DNA from: an uncultured Hyphomonadaceae bacterium
GTDB taxonomy: Bacteria > Pseudomonadota > Alphaproteobacteria > Caulobacterales > Hyphomonadaceae
Assembly: GCA_938011445.1 (NCBI GenBank)
Contig: CALLUH010000045.1
Coordinates: 1 to 53,839 of the forward strand
Length of the DNA stretch: 53,839 nt
Direction: 5' to 3'
Part shown: one piece after another, positions 10,217-19,150 of the stretch
Numbering within the stretch: position 1 is the first letter of the stretch
How the letters are laid out: each line of letters opens with the position of its first letter
The notes under the pieces: model-generated
Told to the model about the DNA's origin: nothing
Database searches by the model: none
What the model saw: only the letters and a program-made list of their open reading frames with translations
Program-made: the position numbers and the translations under genes

Positions 10217-11263
10217 ATGAATGCAGACAAAGGACGCGTTCTCGTAACGGGCGGGGCGGGCTTTATCGGGTCACACACCTGTCTGGCGCTCGTCGGCGCT
10301 GGCTGGACGCCGATTATCCTCGACAATTTCTGCAATTCAAGCCCCACAGCGATCAAACGCGTCAGCGAGCTTGTCCAGCGCGAGCTTGTTCTGGTCGAAG
10401 GTGACATTCGCGACACTGATCTGTGCGAAAAAACACTCAAAGATCATAGCTGCGAGGCGGTCATCCATTTCGCTGGCCTCAAAGCGGTTGGCGAGTCCCA
10501 TGAAAAACCGCTCGACTATTATGACGCCAATGTCCTTGGCAGCCACAGCTTGCTCCGCGCCATGTCGGCTGCATCCGTAAACCGCTTTATCTTCTCCTCC
10601 AGCGCCACGGTTTATGGCGTCCCCCAAAGCTTGCCGCTCACCGAAGACCACCCGCTTGCGCCAACAAACCCCTATGGCCAGACCAAGCTCGCCGTCGAAA
10701 ACCTCTTACGCGATGTCGCCCAAAGCGGGCAGGGATTGCAATGCGCCATTTTGCGTTATTTCAATCCGGTCGGCGCAGATGTCAGCACGCGCATCGGCGA
10801 AGACCCGCGCGGTATCCCGAACAATCTCATGCCCTATATCGCCCAGGTCGCCGTTGGCCGCCGCCCCCATCTTAATGTCATGGGCAATGATTATGACACC
10901 CCCGACGGCACCGGGGTCCGCGACTATATCCATGTCGTTGATTTGGCCGAAGCCCATGTCAAAGCGCTCGAACGCCTTGTCAGCCATGACGGCTCGTTCA
11001 CGGTCAATCTGGGTACTGGCACGGGCTATTCTGTCCTCGATATGGTCAGGGGTTTTGAGAAGGCTTGCGGCAAAACCATCCCCTATGAAATCGCAAAGCG
11101 TCGCGCCGGAGATGTCGCGTCTATGTATGCCGATCCGGCATTGGCAGAAACCTTGCTTGGCTGGCGAGCCTCGCGCGGCATAGACGAAATGTGCCGCGAT
11201 CATTGGAACTGGCAGTCCGCCAATCCGAACGGCTATGACACGCCAGTTGAAACACCAGCCTGA
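10217..11263 (+). CDS. galE: UDP-glucose 4-epimerase
   Basis: [13 protein letters not shown] Rossmann motif, catalytic YGQTK, GVRDYIHVVDLA. Confidence 0.93.
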   Translation: MNADKGRVLVTGGAGFIGSHTCLALVGAGWTPIILDNFCNSSPTAIKRVSELVQRELVLVEGDIRDTDLCEKTLKDHSCEAVIHFAGLKAVGESHEKPLDYYDANVLGSHSLLRAMSAASVNRFIFSSSATVYGVPQSLPLTEDHPLAPTNPYGQTKLAVENLLRDVAQSGQGLQCAILRYFNPVGADVSTRIGEDPRGIPNNLMPYIAQVAVGRRPHLNVMGNDYDTPDGTGVRDYIHVVDLAEAHVKALERLVSHDGSFTVNLGTGTGYSVLDMVRGFEKACGKTIPYEIAKRRAGDVASMYADPALAETLLGWRASRGIDEMCRDHWNWQSANPNGYDTPVETPA

Positions 11264-11275
11264 TCGGAGCGCCCC

Positions 11276-13102
11276 ATGTGCGGAATTATTGGAATACTCG
11301 GCAAGAGCGCCGTTGCTCCAAGGCTGGTCGAAGCGTTGGCGCGCCTTGAATATCGCGGCTATGACAGCGCCGGCATTGCCACCCTCGAAGACGGCAAACC
11401 CTCCCGCCGCCGCGCCGCTGGAAAGCTTGGCAATCTGCGCGAGGTGCTCGCCGCCGCGCCGCTGAACGGTCTGACCGGCATCGGCCACACCCGCTGGGCC
11501 ACCCATGGCGAACCGACAACCAATAATGCCCACCCGCATATGGCTGGCCCCGTCATGGTCGTCCATAATGGCATCATCGAAAACTTCCGCGCCTTGCGCG
11601 AAGAGCTGTCCGGACGCGGTTTTGCCTGCACCACCGAAACCGACACCGAAACCATCGCCCAATTGATCGCCGCCAATATGGCCGACGGCGCAAGCCCGCA
11701 AGAGGCTGTCCACGAGGCGCTTGCAAAGCTTGAAGGCGCGTTCGCTATCGCCGTGATGTTCGAAGGTGAGGACGATCTCCTGATCGGCGCACGCAAAGGC
11801 TCTCCGTTGGTGATCGGCGTCGGCGAAGGCGAGATGTTCCTCGGCTCGGACGCGCTCGCCGTCGGCCCGTTCACAAACCGCGTCGTCTATCTCGAAGAGG
11901 GCGACCGGTGCGTTCTAAAGCGCAGCGATTTTCAAGTGTTCAATGCTGCCGGAACCCCCATAGTACGCGCCGAAACATTTGTCCCCACCGGCGCAGGCAT
12001 GGTCGATAAGGGCAATTACCGCCACTTCATGCAGAAAGAGATTTTCGAACAGCCCGAAGCCACCGCCCGCACCCTCGGCCACTATATCAACGCCATCGAC
12101 CAGACCATTGATCTGGGCGACACGGGCACAGTCGATCTCGCCGAGGTCAAAGGCATCCAGATGGTCGCCTGCGGCACGTCTTATTATGCCTGCATGGTGG
12201 CTGAATACTGGTTCGAGCAAATTGCAGGCGTGCCCGTAAAAATAGATATTGCCTCCGAGTTCCGCTATCGCGAGCCGAAATTGCTCCCCGGCGGCCTTGC
12301 CATTTTCGTCTCCCAATCAGGCGAAACCGCCGATACGCTCGCCGCCTTGCGCTATTGTAAAGCCGCCGGGCTACACACCGCAGGCGTTGTCAATGTCACC
12401 ACATCCACCATTGCCCGCGAGGTTGATTTCGTTCTGCCTATCCTCGCAGGCCCCGAAATCGGCGTCGCCTCGACCAAGGCTTTCACCGCCATGCTCTGTG
12501 CCCTCGCCAGTGCCGTACTGGCCATCGGCAAAGCCAAAGCCACGCTCTCGCGCGAAGACGAAACCAAACTAATCGCAGCGCTCGAAACCGTCCCCCGCCT
12601 GACAGCCGAGGCGCTTAAACTGGACGACACATTCGCCCTTTTGGCGCGCGATCTCGTAAAGGCACGCGACGTGCTCTATCTTGGTCGCGGCGTCCATTAC
12701 CCCATCGCCATGGAAGGGGCGCTCAAGCTCAAAGAGATCAGCTATATCCACGCCGAAGGCTATGCCGCCGGCGAGCTCAAACACGGTCCCATCGCCCTAA
12801 TCGACGAAGAAACCCCGATTGTCTTTGTCGCGCCTTTTGACCGGCTATTTGAAAAGTCGCTCTCAAACCTTGAAGAAGTGGTCGCCCGCCGTGGCCGTGT
12901 TGTCTTACTTTCGGACGCCAAGGGCATCACCGAAGCAGGCGAGGCTCCGTCCTATAGCGTAACAGTGCCAGACTGTGCCGACTTCGTTGCGCCGCTGATC
13001 TATTCCATCCCCGTCCAATTGCTCGCCTATCATATCGCCGTCGAGAAGGGCACCGATGTCGATCAGCCGCGCAATCTGGCAAAATCCGTTACGGTCGAAT
13101 GA
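11276..13102 (+). CDS. glmS: glutamine--fructose-6-phosphate aminotransferase
   Basis: MCGIIGILG (N-terminal Cys nucleophile), two SIS domains, C-terminal DQPRNLAKSVTVE. Confidence 0.97.
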   Translation: MCGIIGILGKSAVAPRLVEALARLEYRGYDSAGIATLEDGKPSRRRAAGKLGNLREVLAAAPLNGLTGIGHTRWATHGEPTTNNAHPHMAGPVMVVHNGIIENFRALREELSGRGFACTTETDTETIAQLIAANMADGASPQEAVHEALAKLEGAFAIAVMFEGEDDLLIGARKGSPLVIGVGEGEMFLGSDALAVGPFTNRVVYLEEGDRCVLKRSDFQVFNAAGTPIVRAETFVPTGAGMVDKGNYRHFMQKEIFEQPEATARTLGHYINAIDQTIDLGDTGTVDLAEVKGIQMVACGTSYYACMVAEYWFEQIAGVPVKIDIASEFRYREPKLLPGGLAIFVSQSGETADTLAALRYCKAAGLHTAGVVNVTTSTIAREVDFVLPILAGPEIGVASTKAFTAMLCALASAVLAIGKAKATLSREDETKLIAALETVPRLTAEALKLDDTFALLARDLVKARDVLYLGRGVHYPIAMEGALKLKEISYIHAEGYAAGELKHGPIALIDEETPIVFVAPFDRLFEKSLSNLEEVVARRGRVVLLSDAKGITEAGEAPSYSVTVPDCADFVAPLIYSIPVQLLAYHIAVEKGTDVDQPRNLAKSVTVE

Positions 13103-13268
13103 GATAACGGCATTTTATTATCTTGCGAATTGACAGCACGCTGGAGACGTACTGGCCGCTCGGCCATCAGCGATTTGCAACCGAATGGCCCGAGCATATA
13201 CCGGATGCATTAACCAGTTGTCTGAAGCGTGTTTTTGCGTCAATACTACTGGAAATGGGGAGAGCAAG

Positions 13269-16200
13269 ATGACTGATGCTGTTTATTCTGCGCTACGGGG
13301 CCTAGATCATACTGAAGCTGTGACTTTGGCGGCAGACTTGGACGCGTCTCTGGAGGCCAATCGCACAAGCAATTCCGATGTGATCGTATTCGACACTGCG
13401 GACTTTGGCTCTCAGGCGATACTCGGCCAGCCGGGGAATTTGGGTTCGATTGCGCTCGATCCTGCCGGGACGATGGCAACCGGGTTCAACTTTACGATCA
13501 ATGTATCGGACGGAACCGGCACCGTGACGCAAGAGACGCTTGACCTGTTTACCAGCGTGGTTGAAGCGGTGCTCGAACGCTTCGGTGACTTTATCAACGG
13601 TGCAGCAGGGGCATCGCTCGACATTGATCTTGTTATTGAACCGTCAGCAGATCCCGATACGGTCGCCTCTGCGGGACCGGGCACGTTTACTTTTGCGAAC
13701 GACTTCATTGATGCGAACGAAAACGGCACGATTGATGCCGGTGAAACCTTGATCTTCGAGGCCGGACCGATCGCCGAACTCAGAACAGGTAACGATCCCA
13801 ATGGCAGCGAGGCCGATATTTTTGTATCCGTCAACTCCGCTTTGCTTGAGGATGGTGATTTCTTTATTGATGATGATGTTGTCATCGGTGAAGATGTTCC
13901 AGACGGCCAAATTGATCTGTTCTCGGTGATTTTACACGAGGTTGCCCATGGTCTCGGATTCTTGGGTCTTCGATCTTCTATTGATGAGCCATTGCCCACC
14001 GTCACGTCAGCCGATGGAAGTGTAAATCCTGTTGCAACCCTGTTTGATATATTCACCGAAGAAGCGGCCGGGGGCGAGATTGTGTTCACCGGGGAGACGA
14101 CGGTTGGCATCTATGGCGAGGCTGTGCAGCTTGAATCCTTTACCGGTGACGCCGGTAGCGACCTGTCGCATTTCGTCGCAACGACATTTGGCGACGATAC
14201 ATCGACAGCGCTGCTGAACCCCTTTGTGATCCGCGGTGATCGGGTTGACATTGGTCTACTCGAGCTTGCTGTCTTTCAGGACATCGGGTTCGATGTGATT
14301 TTGCCCGAAGATCTTTCTCTTGTGAATGAGCTTCAGTCCGTTGCAGGCGAGCAACCGTCCGTTTTCTCGATTGGTGCCAGTTCGGCCAGCTTGAATGGAA
14401 CAACCTTCTCAATTGACGTAATCGCTGACATATCGGCGCTGTTTACAAGCATTTCGTCCTCGGTTGCCGTCGAACTCATCGGTGCGACGGGGTCTGTGTC
14501 TCAACGTGCCTCTATTCTCGGGGCTTTTGATTTGGAAGATACCGCGTCGATCTCCGTTTTCGATCTCTTGCCAGTTGACGCGGGCGCCTTCATCGGTGTG
14601 CAGGAATTGCTTTTGGATGCACGATTGTTCAATCCAGCCAATGCGGCGGCTCTGCCGAACGGCACCAATGAGCAGATATTCGAAGACATACCTACCGGTG
14701 TCTTTTTTACAGGCGACGGGGCAGGTGGCAGCGATATTGTCGCTGCAAATGATGCAAACATTATCTTCGCCCGAGGGGGTGACGATACTGTAACTGGCGG
14801 CGCGGGCAGCGATATCGTGGATGGCGGTGCAGGTGACGATGAGGTGAATGGCGGCGACGGTGATGACACTCTGATAGGGGGTATCGGCAATGATTCACTG
14901 TTTGGTGATGCTGGCGAAGACACCCTCCAAGGCGGGGATGGCAATGACCTCCTTGTGGGTGGGCTTGGCGATGACACTTTGACCGGTGGTGATGGCGCTG
15001 ATGTTCTTGCGGGCGCTGAAAACAATGACTCCATTGCCGGCGAGGGCGGCGATGACACGATCGGCGCTGGCAGTGGTAATGATTTTGCTGATGGTGGCGA
15101 AGGCGACGATCTGATTTTCGGCGAAGACGGTGATGATGTTCTCGTCGGCGGTCTAGGCAATGATAATCTCATTGGCGGCGCGGGCGCAGACATTCTGGCA
15201 GGTGCCGAAGGCAATGATAGGATTTCAGGCGAGGGTGATAATGACACGATCGGCGCTGGCAGCGGCAATGATTTTGCCGACGGTGGCGATGGTGATGATC
15301 TGATTTTCGGCGAAGACGGTGACGATGTTCTTGTTGGCGGTCTTGGCAATGATAGCCTCATTGGCGGCGCGGGCGCTGACATTCTGGCTGGCGTCGAGGG
15401 CAATGATAGGATTTCAGGCGAGGGCGACAATGACACAATCGGTGCTGGCAGCGGCAATGATTTTGCTGACGGTGGCGAAGGTGACGATCTGATTTTCGGC
15501 GAAGACGGTGACGATGTTCTTGTCGGCGGTCTTGGCAATGATAGCCTCATTGGCGGTGCAGGCGCAGACATTCTGGCTGGCGTCGAGGGCAATGATATGC
15601 TTTCGGGCGAGGCCGGCAATGACACCATCGGCGCTGGTAGCGGCAATGATTTTGCCGATGGCGGTGCGGGCGACGATCTGATTTTCGGCGAGGATGGTGA
15701 CGATGTTCTTGTCGGCGGTCTTGGCAATGATAGCCTCATTGGCGGTGCAGGCGCAGATATTCTGGCTGGTGTCGAGGGCAATGATATGCTTTCGGGCGAG
15801 GCCGGCAATGACACCATCGGCGCTGGCAGTGGCAATGATTTTGCCGACGGTGGCGCGGGCGACGATCTGATTTTCGGCGAAGACGGCGACGATGTTCTTG
15901 TCGGCGGTCTTGGCAATGATAACCTCAATGGGGGTGCGGGCGCTGATATTCTGGCGGGTGCCGAGGGTGACGATACGCTGTCGGGCGGGGCCGACAATGA
16001 CACAATCGGTGCTGGCAGCGGCGACGATACCGTGATCGGCGGCCTTGGTGATGACCAATTGTTTGGTGAAGCAGGGGTTGACTCGATTGATGGCGGCGCT
16101 GGCAATGATACGATCTCCGGCGGCGCTGGAAATGACTTCTTTGTTTTCAACGCAGGCTTCGGGAATGACACGGTCACTGATTTTTCCGACAATGACTTCA

Positions 16201-16571
16201 TCTTCGTTGTCGGGCTCAACGTAACGGGGATAGACCAGGTCTCCATCTTCGATACCGCTGATGGCGCGCTGCTGACATTCAATGGCGATACAACCGAATC
16301 AGTTCTATTAAGCGGCGTGGCGGCAAGCACGATCGAAGAAGATGACTTTATCTTTACACCCGCGAATGCAGCCCTCTCGATTGCAAGTGGAGAGGCGACA
16401 GAACAGGCCGATACGAGAACTCAGAATGATGATTTCGACATTGCCTTCACGGCATCCGTCGTGAATGTGGCAGCACCGGATCCGGTCCAGGATATTTTCG
16501 GGACGCGCGATACGTTTTCAGAAGATGCGATCTCGTTTCAGTCAACTTTCGATGACGGCGCGTTTGTCTAA
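13269..16571 (+). CDS. large RTX (GGxGxD nonapeptide) calcium-binding protein with an N-terminal HEXXH metalloprotease-like domain; probable T1SS substrate
   Basis: The start was chosen at MTDAVYS (GGGGAG upstream). There is no signal peptide. The motif is VILHEVAHGLGFLG (HEXXHXXG). More than 40 nonapeptide repeats span about 14.8-16.1 kb. The acidic C-terminus ends DDGAFV, similar to serralysin-type secretion signals. Confidence 0.85.
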   Translation: MTDAVYSALRGLDHTEAVTLAADLDASLEANRTSNSDVIVFDTADFGSQAILGQPGNLGSIALDPAGTMATGFNFTINVSDGTGTVTQETLDLFTSVVEAVLERFGDFINGAAGASLDIDLVIEPSADPDTVASAGPGTFTFANDFIDANENGTIDAGETLIFEAGPIAELRTGNDPNGSEADIFVSVNSALLEDGDFFIDDDVVIGEDVPDGQIDLFSVILHEVAHGLGFLGLRSSIDEPLPTVTSADGSVNPVATLFDIFTEEAAGGEIVFTGETTVGIYGEAVQLESFTGDAGSDLSHFVATTFGDDTSTALLNPFVIRGDRVDIGLLELAVFQDIGFDVILPEDLSLVNELQSVAGEQPSVFSIGASSASLNGTTFSIDVIADISALFTSISSSVAVELIGATGSVSQRASILGAFDLEDTASISVFDLLPVDAGAFIGVQELLLDARLFNPANAAALPNGTNEQIFEDIPTGVFFTGDGAGGSDIVAANDANIIFARGGDDTVTGGAGSDIVDGGAGDDEVNGGDGDDTLIGGIGNDSLFGDAGEDTLQGGDGNDLLVGGLGDDTLTGGDGADVLAGAENNDSIAGEGGDDTIGAGSGNDFADGGEGDDLIFGEDGDDVLVGGLGNDNLIGGAGADILAGAEGNDRISGEGDNDTIGAGSGNDFADGGDGDDLIFGEDGDDVLVGGLGNDSLIGGAGADILAGVEGNDRISGEGDNDTIGAGSGNDFADGGEGDDLIFGEDGDDVLVGGLGNDSLIGGAGADILAGVEGNDMLSGEAGNDTIGAGSGNDFADGGAGDDLIFGEDGDDVLVGGLGNDSLIGGAGADILAGVEGNDMLSGEAGNDTIGAGSGNDFADGGAGDDLIFGEDGDDVLVGGLGNDNLNGGAGADILAGAEGDDTLSGGADNDTIGAGSGDDTVIGGLGDDQLFGEAGVDSIDGGAGNDTISGGAGNDFFVFNAGFGNDTVTDFSDNDFIFVVGLNVTGIDQVSIFDTADGALLTFNGDTTESVLLSGVAASTIEEDDFIFTPANAALSIASGEATEQADTRTQNDDFDIAFTASVVNVAAPDPVQDIFGTRDTFSEDAISFQSTFDDGAFV
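14994..16127 (+). repeat. six tandem 189-bp (63-aa, 7 x nonapeptide) units inside the RTX gene
   Basis: Unit starts (GAD[IV]LAG...) are at 14994, 15183, 15372, 15561, 15750 and 15939. Units 2-5 are almost identical at the protein level, and most differences I saw between units 4 and 5 are synonymous third-position changes. Confidence 0.9.
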
Positions 16572-16606
16572 AGGGCATCTGCAACAAGGCTTAAATTGAA
16601 GAGAGG

Positions 16607-17707
16607 TCAGGCCTCATCAGGCTTGGCTTTTTCTATTGCCTCAGGTGCAACTGGCCGGACGTCAGGCTTACGATTGCGCACAAGGCTCCACTTCCACGAC
16701 ATGGCCTTGAGGAGTGTCAAAGATGAGACCGTTCGCCGTTTCTGGGTCTTTATGCGATCTCCCCAAACAGCGCGGATGCCCAGAATGCCTGCTTTTAAGC
16801 CGCGCCATGTCGGGCCGCCACGCCCCACCATGCAGCCGCGTGCAAGCAAAGCGAGGCTAATCGCAATGTGACCGGGTAGAAGTAAGATCAAGGCCAGAGG
16901 CGGCATGTCTTTGAGAAACATCCAGAGCCTGTTGCGGGTTCCATGGAAGACCGCAAACTCACTGGCAACCCCTGTGATCCCGCTACCATAATGGGCGGCC
17001 TGACAGGCCGGCCAGAAAATGCATCTATGCCCTTCCAGCCTGAGGCGAAAGCCAATTTCAACATCTTCGCCATAGCAAAAATAGCGTTCGTCAAATCCGC
17101 CAATGTCGAGAAACGTCTCCCGGTCAAATAGGGCGGACGCGCCACACGGGCTAAAGCATTCGCCAATTCCGGGCAATTCCGCTCGCGCCCGGGAATATCC
17201 GCCCCGCCATGGAATCCCGAGAAAGAAATAACAATCTCCCGCGCCATCAAGCTTGCTCGGGTCTGTCATATCAATGGTCGCGCCGCCAAACATCATAGTG
17301 TTCGGGAAAGCTTCCGTCGCCAGTTTGAATTGGTGTAACCAGTCAGGTGCCGCTATGGCATCAGGGTTCAGGAGGGCGATCCACTTCCCGCGAGCGGCCT
17401 TTGCGGCAATATTATTCCCGCGGGCAAAACCGGCATTCTCTTTGAGATCCATCAGCCTGAAGTTTTCGATATGGTCTGTGCGTAGATTATCGAGGGAACC
17501 GTCCGATGAGCCATTATCTACGAGGATAAGCTCGAATGGAATATTGGTCTGGGCTGCAACACTATCAATCGTCGCCTGCAAAAATCTCTTGGCATTATAA
17601 TTGACGATGATGATAGACGCCCAGATGTCCAGAGGTGGACAGATTGCAGGGTCAGAGGTCAAAGCGTGTTCCATCCAAGAATTGCCAGCTTGCTGAAAAT
17701 GGGACAA
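16607..17707 (-). CDS. family 2 glycosyltransferase (rhamnosyltransferase-like)
   Basis: IIIVNYNAKRFLQATIDSVAAQT...ELILVDNGSSDGS; the later part of the GT-A fold includes GASALFDRETF. The start is M1 or M12. Confidence 0.85.
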   Translation of the reverse strand: MSHFQQAGNSWMEHALTSDPAICPPLDIWASIIIVNYNAKRFLQATIDSVAAQTNIPFELILVDNGSSDGSLDNLRTDHIENFRLMDLKENAGFARGNNIAAKAARGKWIALLNPDAIAAPDWLHQFKLATEAFPNTMMFGGATIDMTDPSKLDGAGDCYFFLGIPWRGGYSRARAELPGIGECFSPCGASALFDRETFLDIGGFDERYFCYGEDVEIGFRLRLEGHRCIFWPACQAAHYGSGITGVASEFAVFHGTRNRLWMFLKDMPPLALILLLPGHIAISLALLARGCMVGRGGPTWRGLKAGILGIRAVWGDRIKTQKRRTVSSLTLLKAMSWKWSLVRNRKPDVRPVAPEAIEKAKPDEA

Positions 17708-17836
17708 CCCCGCTCAAGCGCCGATATGGATCAGATTGTAAGCGTGGGGGGGAGTGCCTGCAAGGATGGTGTTTATCTAGTGTCCAGATAGCTATATCTT
17801 GCTTGTCGATGCACAAGCAGGGTAGGGCGAAGCGAT

Positions 17837-19150
17837 ATGAGAACAGTCTATTTTACGATTTGCGCCCGCAACTATCTTGCCTATGCGATGACGCTGAGAG
17901 CTTCGCTGCTTGCCGCCGACCCTGAGGCGGAGTTCCTGGTCTTCCTTGCTGACGCTCCCCTAGAAGGCACAAACCCTTTTGATGGGATCGTGACACTTGA
18001 CGCGCTTGACCTGCCGAATTTGCCCGACATGACGTTTCGCTATGCCCTCATGGAGTTCAGTACAGCGATCAAGCCATTCTGCTTTCAACATATTTTTGAT
18101 GTTCTTGGCGCGCAGGCTGCGGTCTATCTTGACCCCGACATACAAGTCTTCAGCCCGCTGGCAGAGGTAACAGAGGCGCTGGCGCAGGGCGCAGATAGCG
18201 TGCTCACCCCCCATATCCTCACCCCCCTTGCTGATGACGATTATCGGCCAAATGTGCACGATCTGCATCGATCGGGAACGTTTAATCTCGGTTTTGCTGC
18301 CTTTGCCAACACGGCAGGGGCAAGGAATTTTTTATCATGGTGGGCTGGGCGGTGCCGGACCGAGTGCACCAACGACCTTCAGGGCGGGTATTTCGTTGAT
18401 CAGAAATTTGCAGAACTGGCACCGTCATTTTTGGACAAGCTACATGTTCTGCGGCATCCGGGCTATAATGTGGCGTATTGGAATCTGGCAAACAGACCTG
18501 TCAAAAGAATTGGCACAGACCAATGGCACGTCCGCGGCAAACCGCTTCGCTTTTTTCATTTTTCAGGCATTGTGCCGGAAGATCCATCCGTTTTCTCCAA
18601 GCATCAGAACAGGTTTGATATATCATCAATCGGCGCGGTGGGTGATTTGCTGCAAGCTTATCATGCCGCGCTAAAAGCGCATGACCATCTCACATATGCA
18701 GGGGTCGCATATGCTTACGACCATTTTGGCGATGGGGTTAGAATTCCGCTCGCCGCGCGCAGGATCTATGCACGCCAGATCGCCAATGGAACTTGCCTGG
18801 AACCGTTCGTGCCGAAATATAACCATTTGAATATGCCGAGTCCGAGAGTAGATCAGATGAGCGCAGCACCCATAACGGTTCTGATGGAAGAGATATGGAA
18901 AATGCGCCCTGACCTTCAGGCGGCGTTTCCGCTTGGCTTAAGATCGGGGCGTCGCCGCTTCCACCGCTGGTTCGTTGAACAGGCACCGGTGGAGCTGGGG
19001 CTCGACCCAGTATTTGTCATGCCAGCCCGTGCAGGTCTTGGCGGGGCGGTGATTGATCTTGGGCGAACCGTCTACCGGCAACTGCCGGCAAAGGCTCAAA
19101 ATGACCTGAAACAAAAATGGACCGGCGACCGCGGAAAGAAGACTGAGTGA
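17837..19150 (+). CDS. hypothetical protein, possible GT-A-fold nucleotide-sugar transferase
   Basis: MRTVYFTICARNYLAYA..., DxD-like YLDPDIQVF, then GTFNLGF...FLSWW...YFVDQKF..L.P....VLRHPGYNVAYWNL. I recognise this pattern from uncharacterised transferases in polysaccharide loci. No database confirmation was possible. Confidence 0.45.
   Translation: MRTVYFTICARNYLAYAMTLRASLLAADPEAEFLVFLADAPLEGTNPFDGIVTLDALDLPNLPDMTFRYALMEFSTAIKPFCFQHIFDVLGAQAAVYLDPDIQVFSPLAEVTEALAQGADSVLTPHILTPLADDDYRPNVHDLHRSGTFNLGFAAFANTAGARNFLSWWAGRCRTECTNDLQGGYFVDQKFAELAPSFLDKLHVLRHPGYNVAYWNLANRPVKRIGTDQWHVRGKPLRFFHFSGIVPEDPSVFSKHQNRFDISSIGAVGDLLQAYHAALKAHDHLTYAGVAYAYDHFGDGVRIPLAARRIYARQIANGTCLEPFVPKYNHLNMPSPRVDQMSAAPITVLMEEIWKMRPDLQAAFPLGLRSGRRRFHRWFVEQAPVELGLDPVFVMPARAGLGGAVIDLGRTVYRQLPAKAQNDLKQKWTGDRGKKTE

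Noticed and set aside
10706-11713. 335-aa minus-strand ORF spanning the galE 3' end, the intergenic gap and the glmS 5' end
   Set aside because: It is antisense to two unmistakable housekeeping genes and crosses their intergenic spacer. Its composition is Gly/Ala-rich, typical of antisense frames in GC-rich coding DNA.
14501-16330. 609-aa minus-strand ORF rich in S/P (…SSPSSPKIRSSP…), antisense to the RTX gene
   Set aside because: It is the reverse complement of the GGxGxD codon repeats. Its periodicity mirrors the 189-bp array. It has no independent start context or recognisable domain, while the plus-strand RTX reading is clearly the real gene.
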